From assembly GCF_009914755.1 (NCBI RefSeq), contig NC_060925.1: DNA of 64,000 nucleotides, one strand, 5' to 3'. Below the pieces are notes generated by a model. It was not told where the DNA came from and did not search any database. It saw only the letters and a list, made by a program, of their open reading frames with translations. Made by a program: the position numbers and the translations under genes. This DNA is from the human T2T-CHM13v2.0 reference genome, Homo sapiens. Shown one piece after another: positions 29,656 through 43,212 of the stretch (the first letter of the stretch is position 1; each line of letters starts with the position of its first letter).

Positions 29656-29670
29656 TTCTGTAGAGAGATT
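29434..29670 (+). repeat. Compound (AGAT)n STR with higher-order structure
   Basis: (AGAT)11 GAT (AGAT)4 GAT (AGAT)6 ... spacer ... GAT (AGAT)4 GAT (AGAT)9. Confidence 0.95.
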
Positions 29671-30023
29671 TCTGCTTTTGATTCTTTTGGGTATATACCT
29701 GAAGTAGAACGACTGGGTCTTATGGTAGTTTTATGTTTAACCTTCTAAGAAATTGTGAAATTGTTTCCCACAGTGTCTGTACCACTTTACATTCTCACCA
29801 GTAATGTGCAAGATTCCAATTTCTACACATGCTCACCAACACTTGTTATTTTCCATCTTGTTTTGTCTTTTAATTATAGCCATGCTAGCTGGTGTAAGGT
29901 GGTACTCATTGTGATTTTGATTTGCATTTCCCTAATGACTCATGATACTAAACATCTTTTTATGGGTTTATGGACCATTTGTATATCTTCTTTGGAGAAA
30001 TTTCTATTCAAGTCTTTCGCCCA

Positions 30024-30808
30024 TTTATTTTATTTTAATTATTATTATACTTTAAGTTTTAGGGTACATGTGCACAATGTGCAGGTTAGTTACATACGTA
30101 AATATGTGCCATGCTGGTGTGCTGCACCCATTAACTCATCATTTAGCATTAGGTATCTCTCCTAATGCTATCCCTCCCCCCTCCCCCCACCCCACAACAG
30201 TCCCTGGAGTGTGATGTTCCCCTTCCTGTGTCCACGTGTTCTCATTGTTCAATTCCCACCTCTGAGTGAGAATATGCAGTGTTTGGTTTTTTGTTCTTGC
30301 GATAGTTTACTGAGAATGATGATTTCCAATTTCATCCATGTCCCTACAAAGGACATGAACTCATCACTTTTTATGGCTGCATAGTATTCCATGGTGTGTA
30401 TGTGCCACATTTTCTTAATCCAGTCTATCATTGTTGAACATTTGGGTTGGTTCCAAGACTTTGCTATTGTGAATAGTGCCACAATAAACATACGTGTGCA
30501 TGTGTCTTTATAGCAGCATGATTTATAGTCCTTTGGGTATATACCCAGTAATGGGATGGCTGGGTCAAATGGTATTTCTAGTTCTAGATCCCTGAGGAAT
30601 CGCCACACTGACTTCCACAATGGTTGAACGAGTTTACAGTCCCACTAACAGTGTAAAAGTTTTCCTATTTACCCACATCCTCTCCAGCACTTGTTGTTTC
30701 CTGACTTTTTAATGATTGCCATTCTAACTGGTGTGATATGGTATCTCATTGTGGTTTTGATTTGCATTTCTCTGATGACCAGTGATGGTGAGCATTTTTT
30801 CATGTGTT
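30024..30808 (-). mobile_element. 5'-truncated L1PA4-like 3' end (~0.78 kb)
   Basis: ORF2 C-terminus (30249-30620). 3'UTR reads GCTAAATGATGAGTTAATGGG on the minus strand. Confidence 0.92.
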
Positions 30809-30965
30809 TTTAGTTATATTTTTGAGTTTTAGGTGTTCTTCATATATTCCAGATATTAATACTTTATCAGATATGTGCTTTGCAAATATTTCCCCCCACC
30901 TAGTAGGTTGTATTTTTGCTTTTAAAGTATCCTTTGATACACACAAGAAAAGTTGTATCCTTTGA

Positions 30966-31270
<305 letters not shown>

Positions 31271-31349
31271 TTGATTTAATTTCCTACTCTGTGTCTAACA
31301 TCACATAAAGGATTGTCCAAACAGCAGAATTTGTGTATAGCTCTTTTAT

Positions 31350-31830
31350 ATGTGAAAATCTCAAACTAAATAGTTTTATTTACAATAGCCCAAAATTGTA
31401 AACAACCCAAATGTTCACCGGTAATAGAATAGATGAATAAACTGTGGAATATTGAAACAGTGGAACAAGGCAGTAATAAAAAAGAATGCAGCCCTACGTT
31501 AAGTACAAACATGGATGAATCTCATTGACATACTGATAAGAAAGGAGGCCAGACACAAAACTATACATATATTATGTTTCCTTTTAGTATTAAGTTAGAG
31601 AGCAGGCAACACAAATCTATGGTTATAGAAGTCAGGTCTGTGGTTACATGAAGTGGGATATTGAGAAGAGACATAAGAGAAACAAAGAAGCCTTCTGAGC
31701 TGTTGGAAATATATCTTGATCTAGGCAGTGGCTACATGGGTGTGTGTGTGTGTGTGTGTGTAAATTCATCAAGTTTACACAGGATTTGTACACTTTGCTG
31801 TTTATATATTATACCTCAATTTAAAATATT
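31350..31830 (+). mobile_element. Old L1MC/ME 3' end
   Basis: 'aatagccccaaaattgtaaacaacccaaatgt...tatattatacctcaatttaaaa'. Confidence 0.75.
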
Positions 31831-31987
31831 TTTAAATCTCTGGCTAATGGTGAGGTTCACAGAGTTCATGTTAGTATATCATCATAGTGATTTTTCTCAT
31901 CAGAATATAGTCTGGCCTCTTTGGGAAGTTTTCAAATGATAACTGAGTTTAATCAATCAGCAGCAAACAAAGGCTCTTTAACAGTCA

Positions 31988-32428
<441 letters not shown>

Positions 32429-33259
32429 TCAGCAAGTAATGAAGTAGGATGCTTTGATTGCTGTAGTATTTGAAACTATACCCTGATGGTTGCTCAGAGA
32501 TGAGAGTTGTTGCTAAGATATTTTAGATACCAGGAAAAGAGATTGAAAAAGATTATGAGCACGAAAGCAGATTTTTTAAAAAAATACAAGTTCAAGTGTG
32601 TGTTGTTTTGACGCAGACTCAGAAGTGAAATTGGGAAGGCACAAAGTGATAGCATTGGGCTTCAATCTGTTCACTGACTATTCCCTCAGTAAAGAATTGA
32701 AGTTGTGGAAATGATCCCTGTCACACAGGCTATCTGAAGCAAATTAGATTTTTAAAAATCATATAGGTGGAGACCGAGGTGGCTAGAAATATCAATCATC
32801 ACTCTAGGTCAATGGAGTAGGGAGATGATTAGCCCCTGAGCTGCAAGAGTGAGTGGGAAGATCAGGCAATTCTGGACAAGATTATCACACCCTAGAAGAT
32901 TAGACTAATATTCAAAATTAAATTTATAAAATGGCCCACCAAAAATAGGATGAAAAACAGTAAAGATGGGGGCGGGCGGTTGCATGTTTGGTTCAATTCA
33001 TCTTGGGTCCTGAGACAAGATGGAAAATGAATCACTAAGTAAAAGTGCAGTAGAAAAAGCACTAAGACTTTCCAAATGGAAAAACATACTTGAGCAACGT
33101 GTGCTATTTCAAAAGTTTTCAAGATACTGTAATAAGTTAACAAAAGTATGACAAAGAAAAATGTATAGTATTCAAGAGCCAAAAGTTATACTCTATAAGC
33201 ATATATATCATGTTTTCCTCACTGAGTAGAAGGATATTTTCTTCTTTAAGAAGCATTAA

Positions 33260-33555
<296 letters not shown>

Positions 33556-34140
33556 AAAGCATTAATTTTTAAAGGCATTAGAAATTCAACTTTCATTAAG
33601 CAAGCAGTATGCAATAGATGTGGAAGTCCTCAGGCACTATGCTATGATTTGAATACTATCTAAATTTCAGGAAAGAGCCCCCATCCCATATCTTTAAAGT
33701 GAATTATTTAAAAATTGGAAATTAACCTTTTTTAACAAAAAATTACAGGAATAACTGTATACATATTTTCACATATGTAATTTCCAGTGTCATTATAAAG
33801 GGATCTGAATAGGTGCTAACATCAACAATAGGGATCAAAAAAGAGCTGAGCTTCAGTGCCACGACGACATTCCAATGTGTTGTCTGTTTTTGAATTGAAC
33901 AAGCAGTAAAGGTTATAAAGTGTCTATCTATTTCAAAAAGATCATGAGAAACAGGACTGACCCCGCCTGTCCCTGACAGCTTATGCATTATATGGTTTTT
34001 CATTCCAGCATTCAATGATTTCAAGTGTCTCACACACAGAGTTGATTATTCATAGTGCTCATACAACCAACAGATGGCAGAATTGGCCATGTTGTTATTC
34101 TATGATGACTACAAATCTAGATCTATATCAAGCAGGATAG

Positions 34141-34421
34141 TTTTTTTTTTTTTTTAGACAAGATCTCACTCTGTCACTTAGGCTGGAGTGCAGTGGCGCC
34201 ATCATGCCTCACTGCAGATTTGACCTCCTGGGCTCAAGCAATCCTCCCACCTCAGCCTCCTGAACACATGCCACCACACCCAGCTAATTTTTTTAATTTT
34301 TTTGTAGAGATGAGGTCTCACTATGCTGCCCAGGCTTGTCTTTAACTCCTAGCCTAAGTAATCCTTTCATTTTGACTTCCCAGAATGCTGGAATTATAGG
34401 CATGAGCCACCTTGTCAGGCC
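34141..34421 (-). mobile_element. AluJ with an internal deletion
   Basis: Degenerate dimer. Confidence 0.9.
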
Positions 34422-34445
34422 AGATTTTTTTCTTAAAATTGTTGT

Positions 34446-34584
34446 GGCCGAGTGCAGTGGTACATGCCTATTGTTCTAGCTATTCAGGAGGCTAAGGTGG
34501 GAGAATCACATGAGTCCAGGTGTTTGAGGCCAGCCTGGGCAATATGGCAAGACCTCGACTCTAAAAATGTATAATAATAATAAA
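34446..34584 (+). mobile_element. FLAM (free left Alu monomer)
   Basis: Single ~120-nt monomer with an A/T-rich tail. Confidence 0.8.
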
Positions 34585-34774
34585 GATGGTTGCGTATCCC
34601 CCTAGGAATCAGAATGTCTTACACATACACATCCATATACTCTTGCTCTTTCCAATTTTAAAGTATGTTTCTGGGCTTTTTTCCCTAAAACATACCAAAA
34701 GAAAGGATCTCACCTTCAACTATTACTGCATGGTAACAGCACAGTCAGTTCAAGAAAAGACAGAGCTCATGAGC

Positions 34775-35495
34775 TGTTTTTTTTTTTTTTCTTTTCTCAC
34801 AACACATCTGGCACCAAATGAGATTTTTCCTCCCACCAACCAATTCTCCAACTCTCCAGACAACAACTGGCTGTTGTACAATTCAATTCAATTCTGACAC
34901 TAACTGCCAGAGTTGGTGTCAGATGCTAAAAGTGAAAGGGCTCAGTTCCACAAAACTGTCTCCACATCAGACTTCAGATGCCAATCACAAGTCCAGGACA
35001 TCTGGGCTTCTGACCCACCAGCTACAGATCAGGGGTTCCCACAACCCCCTCCTAGAACAGCTCACAGAACTTAGTTAAACACTTTACATATTAGTACCAG
35101 TTTATTATAAACTCAGAAACAGCCAAACTCAGAAACAGCCAAATGGAAAAGACGCACAAGTCGAGGTGTGGGGGTGGTGCGTGGAGTTTCCTCTGGCACC
35201 CTCCCAGCACCTTGATGTGGTCACCAAGTATTTAGGGGGTTTTATGGAGGTTTCATCATGTCGGCATGATTGATTATTAACTGAAGCCCTAGCTTCTCTC
35301 CCTTGGAGGATGGGACTGAATTTTCCAAGTTTCTCATCAAGACTGGGTCTTCCTGGCAACCAACCTCAATCCCAAAGTTATAAAGGAGCCCAGCAAGAGT
35401 TGCCTCATTAGAACAAAGATGCTCTTATCACTCAGAGAATTACTAGAGCTTTAGGAGCTCTATGCCAGGAACCAGAAACAAATACATATTTCTCT
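34775..35495 (-). mobile_element. MER21-family LTR
   Basis: 'acaattcaattcaattctgacactaac', 'acttcagatgccaatcacaagtcc', 'tttaggagctctatgccaggaacc'. Confidence 0.8.
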
Positions 35496-36244
35496 GGGTT
35501 CTTTCTTTATACATATCTCATTTTAAAAAGGCAGCTCTTCCAATAAAGAAAAGTTCAGAATCAGCATAAACTATCATCAGCCTTTCTGTTGCAGTATAAC
35601 TGCTGGACTTTCCTCATTTCCCAAAGTGACCCTAAAATCAATCAGACCTGACCTGGGGCCAGATCAGACTTCCCTGAGCTCGGATTCTCTGGGCCCAAAT
35701 TGTGGTTCCAAACAGCTCCAGCCCACAGTCTCCTCTCTGCCCTTCATCACCTCCTAGGTACATGTGAGAGACTCAGATCTATGGTTTTACATCTGTTCTA
35801 AAGGGAATTCAACTCATCCCAGGGGTTGGTTCACACACATAAAAACAAGGAAACTAAGCTCCTAATTAACATGTGCATATTATTTGTCTTCCACTTCTTG
35901 CAGGATCACGGGATCAAATGCTATATATATATGAGTAGCTTCTGCAATGCCAGGAATCTCATGACCCCCTCTCCACTGGCAAAAATAATATTAATAGCTA
36001 GCCCTTATTGAGCATTCACTATGTGTCAGACACTGTTCTAAATACTTTAGAATAGTGCACTGCACTTATTCATTCAGCAAGTTTTTAGTGAGTGCCACTC
36101 TTTGCCAGGCACAGTCCTAAACACTGGGGCTAGAGCAGTAAGTGAATAAAAATACATGCCTTCACAGAGCGTATAGCCTAATGAGAGAAGAAAAATAATA
36201 AACAAAGTAAATAAACTATATAGTATATTGGAAAGTTATAAGCC

Positions 36245-36822
36245 TGTAACTGAACACAGTTTCAGTCACTGCTTGCAGAGTCCAATTAACAAGAGCGAGG
36301 TATGGTAGGGGAAAATTGACTTTATTTCCAAAGTTGGCTAAGGGGAAGTGGCTGGATTCCTATCCAAAGCAACCAGTTTGAATTTTGAGGTGGAAAGGCA
36401 AGCGTTTAAAAAGGGAAGACCTGATATGGAAGGGATGCAGGAATTGCACTGAGTTTTATTCCAGTGGCTATCTTGGGTCCCGGTCCACCTGGAGTGTGGG
36501 CTGGCGTTCATCTCAACAATGGCCAGGTTGTTGATTAGCCACCTTGAGGTAATCTCTGGAATTCTGCAGCTGGGTCTCCAGGCTTGATCTGTCTCTCTCA
36601 GGATTTGTCCCTGGAACTTCTAAGTAGGCACCTAGTTAGATACTAACATATAGTTAGATAAATGTGAAGGGCGTGTATACGGTGAGAAAGGGAGGGATGG
36701 GGAGTCTATTTTAAGGCTAAGGGAAAAGGCTTCTGCAGTTTGCTTCAAGGTTACATCTTGAAACCCAAGAGAAAGGAAAAAAAATTTTAAAATGCATTTT
36801 GAAGTTAAGCTGCCCCTTTACA
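36245..36822 (-). mobile_element. ERV1 solo LTR (MER66-like) inserted in an L2
   Basis: TGTAA...TTACA termini; 'gcttgcagagtccaattaacaagagcgagg'; 4-bp TSD agcc/ggcc. Confidence 0.75.
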
Positions 36823-37117
36823 GGCCCATACAGAAAACGATGCAGGTAACAGGGATAGGGTGTGCTGGTGTAGGATGAGGGACAATTGCCATTCAAATAG
36901 AGTGATCAGGAACCTCAGGGAAAAGATGGCATATGAGCAAAGAGTCAATGCAAAAGGCCTGGGGCCCGAGCTTTACTGGCATGGTCAAAAAGGATGCAGT
37001 GTAGCTGAAGTGGAGTGAACAAGGGACAGAGTCACAGGAGGTGAGGCTGAAGAAGTAAGGACAGGGTGGTTGGGCAGATTATGAAGTCTTTTATGTCATT
37101 GTAAGGAATCTGACCTC

Positions 37118-37413
37118 GACCAGGCGTGGTGGCTCACACCTGTAATTTCAGCACTTTGGGAGGCTGAGGCAGGTGGATCACTTGAGCTCACGAGTTTGAG
37201 ATCAGCCTGGGCAACACGGCAAAACCCTGTCTCTACCAAAAATACAAAAAATTAGCCAGACATGGTGGCACGCACTTATAGTCCCAGCTACTCAGGAGGC
37301 AGAGGAAGGATGGATTGAGCCTGGGAAGTGGAGGCTGGAGTAAGCTGAAATTGCACCACTGCACTCCAGCCAGGGTGATAGAGCCAGACCTTGTCTTAAA
37401 AAAAAAAAAAAAA
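37118..37413 (+). mobile_element. AluJb-like
   Basis: TSD aaggaat(c/t)tgac. Confidence 0.92.
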
Positions 37414-37581
37414 AGGAATTTGACATTTACTTTGAGTGGAAAGGAAAGCTATGGAGTGTCTTGATCTAATTTATGTTCTAACAGAGTCTTTGCAGCTCCC
37501 ATGTTGAGCAGAGACTGCAGAGTTAAGGATATAAACAAGGAGACCATTTAGGGGGCTATTATAACAACCCAGGTAAGATAT

Positions 37582-38485
37582 TGTCTTAGATCTGGATCCT
37601 TGGAAACTAACTCTGAGATGAGCAATTACATCCACAGGGTTATAGAGCGTGCTCTTGGGAGATACTTGTGTCAGGACTTGAGGAAAGCATAATAGGTCAG
37701 AGAGAGAAGCTGACCTGAAAGATGGTGGCATCTGACGCCTCAGCCAATCCTATGGGGAGCCCTGGAGCTGGGATGGCCCTTCAGAGTTGTCCAAAATTAG
37801 GTTAGTTTTCCATGGCTGCTATAACAAATTACCACAAGCTTGGTGGCTTAAAACAACAGAAGTGTATTATTTTACAATTCTAAATAACAGAATTGTAAGA
37901 GCCCGAAATGAGTCTCATGGGACTAGTAAGGTGTCAGCAGAGCTGCATTCTGCTAGAGACTTGAGAGGGAGGATCTGTTTCCCTGCCTTTTCCTGCTGTT
38001 AGAAGCTTAGAAGCTGCCTGCATTGCACCTTTTAGAGGCCAACTGAATCCCAGCAATTGCCATCACATCAACACATCTCTTCCTCTGACTCTGACTCCTG
38101 CCTCCCTCTTTCATTTACATGGAGGCTTGTGATTACATTGGGCCCACCCAAATGATCCAGGACAATCTCTACATCAGAACGTCAACTGGTTAGCAACCTT
38201 ACTTCCCCTTGCCATGTAACCTAACACATTCACAGGTCTGGGGATTAAGCTATCATTCTGTCTACCACAGGCAAGGTGGCCAGGTGTTCGTATCCATACA
38301 TTGGCCAGGCTTTGGTGGGGGGCTGCCCCTTGGGAGAGCAAGGCAGTTCTCAGCCAAGGCAATCCCCATGAGGGACACACCTGTATGCCTTTGACAGCCA
38401 ACATTCCCAGCAGGTGGAGGACAGGGACCTCAGCTCTGAAGAGGATACCTGGGAGGAATGACCAATATGGTAATCACTGTAGCAC
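37582..38485 (-). mobile_element. LTR16C-like ERVL LTR split by MLT1D
   Basis: 'tgtcttag..ctctgagatgag..ggggagccctggagctgggatggcccttcagagttgtcc', resuming at 38270. Confidence 0.7.
37799..38269 (-). mobile_element. MLT1C/D LTR
   Basis: 'gctgctataacaaattaccacaagcttggtggcttaaaacaaca...attctgtctaccaca'. Confidence 0.85.
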
Positions 38486-39065
38486 AAAGCAATTGGATGT
38501 TGGATCTATTTTGAAATTAGATTCAGCAGGATTTGCTGATGAGAAAAAAGGTCTCAAGGATACTCCATGATTTAGGGACTGAACAATGGAAAACTAGATC
38601 TGCTGTTAATTAGACAAAAAACACTGAATCAGTACTGCCTCATTTAATCCTTAAGATTAAACTGAGGAGAGTACTTTTATTTACTTCATAATACAGTCGA
38701 GGAGATTGAGGCACAAAGATGTAAAGAAACCCGTCCAAGGCCACTCAGTGAACAAGTGACAAAGCCAGGATTTGAACGATTTGAACCCAGCCAGTGCCCC
38801 CCAAAACACTCCGTTTTATCATTTTAAAATGATAACGGAACCCTTTCTATAAAATAGTTGTTTAGGGATCCAAAATTGAGCTTAACATTATTTTACAGAA
38901 TCTTGACCTTTCACTCTGGGCCTAGAACCATGTCTGACACAGGCTGGAATGTTTGGAAATACTTGTACACTGACTGTGTGAAGATCTAGTTACATGTATA
39001 AAATGTCTGCATGTGTTTCTACTTGGGGCAAGGACTAAACTCTTTAGTCCAAAATCCAAAATGTG

Positions 39066-39204
39066 AGCCAGGCATGGTGGCATGCGCCTATAGTCCTAGC
39101 TGCTCAGGACACTGAGGCAGGAAGATCGCCTGAGCCCAGGTTACAGTGAGCTGAGAATGCACCACAATATTCCAGGCTGGGTGACAAAGTGAGATGCTGT
39201 CTAT
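39066..39204 (+). mobile_element. FRAM / Alu right monomer
   Basis: Single degenerate right arm. Confidence 0.75.
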
Positions 39205-39219
39205 AAAAGTAAATAAATA

Positions 39220-39603
<384 letters not shown>

Positions 39604-39884
39604 CTATGCTGTTTCTTTCTATGCTGTTTCATACATCAGCTCCTTTACCCTTCTTGTTCTCCCTTAGGCATTACAAAATTAAGTTAACTGTACTCTGCCC
39701 AGGGTGGCTGGCTCTCGACATTGCCCTGAATGCATGTGCTGGTTCTGCTTCCCTGCCACTGGGTAGGACATACTGTACACCTGGAATAGCTTCTCCTTTC
39801 TCCCAGCCTAGCTGAATATTCCTCACCTTTAAACCCTAAAGAGAGACTCTCTCCACCACGAAGGCTTACACGTAACACTTTGTT

Positions 39885-40362
39885 CAATTGTTTGTAACAG
39901 AAGCTCAACTACATTATTTTAACCAAATAGGGGTTTGTTTTCTCACACACCAAGAAGTCCAGAAGCAGACAGCCCAGGACTCTTACAGCTGCTCAGGGAA
40001 ATCACCAAGGACCAGGCTGCTTCTAACATCCTTATCTGACAACCCCAGCGACTGGCTTCAGTCCTCATGGTGGTAAGATGGCTGCTCTACTCTATGTGTT
40101 GTGTCTGGGTCCCAGGCAAAGAGAAGGGGCAGGAGCAAAGGGTCCAAGGTGCATGCCAACTGAGTCTGTGCCTTTGTACCAAGAAAATAATCGCTTTCCT
40201 GGAAGCCCCACTCACTGGACTTCCTCTGTCATCTTGCTGGCCAGAACCTGATTGGGTGGCCACCCTTACTGGGCACATGGCTCTCCTAAACAAAACCGGC
40301 ATGCTATTAGAAAGGAAGAGGAAATGGTAGAAGATGAGATAAACAACCAGCGGTGCCTACCA
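39885..40362 (-). mobile_element. MLT1J/K-like LTR
   Basis: 'gtaacagaagctcaact..caagaagtccaga..cctcatggtggtaagatggctgc'. Confidence 0.75.
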
Positions 40363-40418
40363 CTCCTTCAGTCTATTCCAGTCCATTGGAACTTTACCCT
40401 CCTTTGAGCAACTGTTTA

Positions 40419-40963
40419 CAGTCTTCCCGCCTTATCCTCAGGGGATACTTTCCAAGACCTCCAGTGGATGCTCGAAACCAAGGATAGTATCAAGCCCTAT
40501 AAATACTGTTTTTTTCCTATATATACATACCTATAATAAAGGTTAATCTATAAATTAGGCACAATAAGAGATTGACAATTATAACTAATAACAAAATAGA
40601 ACAATTATAACAATATACTGTAAGAAAGGTTATGCAAATGAGGTCTCTCTCTCTCAAAATATCCTATTATACCATACTCACCCTTCTTCTTGTGATGTGT
40701 CCATGGCTGGATGTCAGGAGCAGACAATGTCAATAACTCACAGGTAGGTAGCACATACAGTGTGGATACACTGGACAAAGGAGTGATTCATATCCCCACA
40801 GGACAGAGTCGGACGATGTGAAATTTCTTCATGCTGCTCAAAATGGTATGTAATTTAAAACTTATGGATTATTTCTGAAATGTTTAATTTAATATTTTCA
40901 GACTATGGCTGATCATGGGTAACTGAAACCATGGAAAGAAAACTGCTGATAAAGAAAATACTG
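40419..40963. mobile_element. MER82-like Tigger MITE
   Basis: TA|CAG...CTG|TA ends; 'ttccaagacctccagtggatgctcgaaacc'. Confidence 0.8.
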
Positions 40964-41221
40964 TATTGCAATTTGTGGGCAGCAAAAGTCCATGTCTATA
41001 TCCCCCATAATAGAGTGCTGAGCATACAGTAAATGTTCCACTTACTAATACCACAAATACGTACAGGCAACATGGCATCATGGTTACTACTTAGTAGCCT
41101 GTGTTTGAATCCCAACTCAGCCACTTACTATTTATTAGTCCCGTCAACTTGACCAAGTTACTTAACCTCTCTGTTCTTCAATTTCCCCATCTGTACAATG
41201 GAAATAATGTGTTAATACATA

Positions 41222-41554
41222 TAGGCAACCCTTGGCATCCTGGGGATTGGTCCCAGGACACCCCTCATACCAAAATCTGTGAATGTGCAAGTCCCTTATA
41301 TAAAATGGCATAGTATTTGCATATAACCTACTCATATCCTCTCATATTCTTTAAAGCATCTCTAGATTACTTACAATACTTGATCCAATGCTTGCACATC
41401 ATTTTATTCATGTAGATTCAATGTAGTACTCAGTGCATGGTAAATTCAAGTTGTGCTCTATGGACCTTTGTGCAATTTTTTTCCCCCAAATATTTTTGAT
41501 CTGAGGTTAGTTGAATTTACAGATGCAGAACCCACAGATATGGAGGGTTGTCTG
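41222..41554. mobile_element. MER2 Tigger MITE inside a MIR
   Basis: 'caagtcccttatataaaatggcatagtatttgcatataacc'; TA TSD. Confidence 0.88.
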
Positions 41555-42402
41555 TACTTTATGCAGTTGTTATAAGGATTAAATTAGATTAACCCTAATA
41601 TTAATTTAATAAATTAACTTCAATAGAACAGCTAGAATAGTAAGCACTATGTAAGTGTCTGTTAAATGAACACATGATTGTCACCTATGGTTAAAACATT
41701 ACCAGAAATTGAGACCCAGAATTTGACAAGTTAGAGCATCTTCATGGACAAAAGGGACAGAATAGTGGAAGCCAGGACTGTTGAGGTCAATTAGGATGCA
41801 TGGTATAACCGCAGGTGAGACATCAATAAGGGAACCTAGCGACAGGTGGGTCAGAGTTGAGGCTTTAAGGTCAGGCTGCCAAATTCAGCCACTAGCTTCC
41901 TACTTATTAACTGTGTTCCCTGGGCAAATCACTGAATCTGTCTAAGGGTCAATTTTCTCATATGTAAAAATAGGATAAAAATAAACAGAGCCTCTCCTTA
42001 GGTGTGTTTTGAAGATTAAATAGATTATGTAGGGTACTTAACATTATTCATGGTATGTCTGAATAAATGTTCATTTTGTTAACGATCAGGACCTATAATT
42101 GAGAGGCCAACTGGACCATTTGACCTTGGCTGAAGGGGACACAGGAGTGCAGAATGAAGTTTTGCCATGAACGTAGATCCTCCCTTACAAATCCCTCCAT
42201 TTTCAAACCCGAGGTGAGAAGATAGAGCTGAGGGAAAACGTGTCTGAGCTGCAAAGTTGTTGGGCCTCCCTGGGGCATTATGAGGCACAGGAATGAGCCA
42301 GTGCCCTCTAGTTTGAGTTATGACATTGGATCCCTTTTAAAAATGGAACAAATGGACCTCTCCTAAGAAACATTTATTTATTTTCTTAAGACTGGCATAT
42401 AG

Positions 42403-42726
42403 AACCAGGTGCAGTGGCTCACACCTGTCATTCCAACACTTTGAGAAGCCAAAGCAGGAGGATTGCTTGAGCCCAAGAGTTTGAGAACATCCTAGGCAAC
42501 ATAGGGAGACCCCCATCTCTACAAAAATATTTAAAAATTAGCCAGGCATGGTGGCTCATGCCTGTGGTCCCAGCTACCTGGGAGACTGAAGTGGGAGGAT
42601 CGCTTGAGCACGGGAAGTCAAGGATGCAGTGAGCCGTGATCATCTCACTGCACTCCAGCCTGGGTGACAGAGCAAGACCCTGTCTCATAAAGAACAAAAT
42701 CAAACAACAAACAACATCAAAAAAGA
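42403..42726 (+). mobile_element. AluJ
   Basis: TSD actggcatatag. Confidence 0.92.
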
Positions 42727-42791
42727 ACTGGCATATAGCAGACAATTGTTATCTCTGGAAGCTCATTTACTCCTAACTCCTATAAGATATG

Positions 42792-42792
<1 letters not shown>

Positions 42793-42838
<46 letters not shown>
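42793..42838 (+). repeat. (CA)23 microsatellite
   Basis: Direct count. Confidence 0.97.
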
Positions 42839-42842
<4 letters not shown>

Positions 42843-42919
42843 TCCAGGAAAAGAAGAGGCTAAATATTTTAGCCAATATCACATAGTTGGTGGGATTTAA
42901 ACCACAGCCTTCTAACTTT

Positions 42920-43212
42920 TTTTTAAAAGACAGGGTCTGGCTCTGTCACCCAGGCTGGAGTGCAGTGGTATAATCACAGTTCACTGCAGCCTCGACCTCC
43001 CAGGCTCAAGTGACCCTTCCACCTCAGCTTCCTGAGTAGGTGGGATTACAAGTGTGCACCACCACATCTGGCTTTCTTTATTTTTTATTTTTTGTAGAAA
43101 TGAGGTCTTACTATGTTGCCCAGGTTGGCCTCAAACTCCTGGCCTCAAGTGATGCTCCCACCTGAACCTCACAAAGTGTTGAGATTACAGATATGAGCCA
43201 CTGCGCCAAACC
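42920..43212 (-). mobile_element. AluJ
   Basis: TSD cttctaacttt. Confidence 0.92.

Larger units (their letters stand above)
36068..38620 (-). mobile_element. L2 host, fragmented by the MER66-like LTR, an Alu and LTR16/MLT1D
   Basis: L2 motifs at 36068-36240, 36823-37115, 37415-37580 and 38490-38620. Confidence 0.7.
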
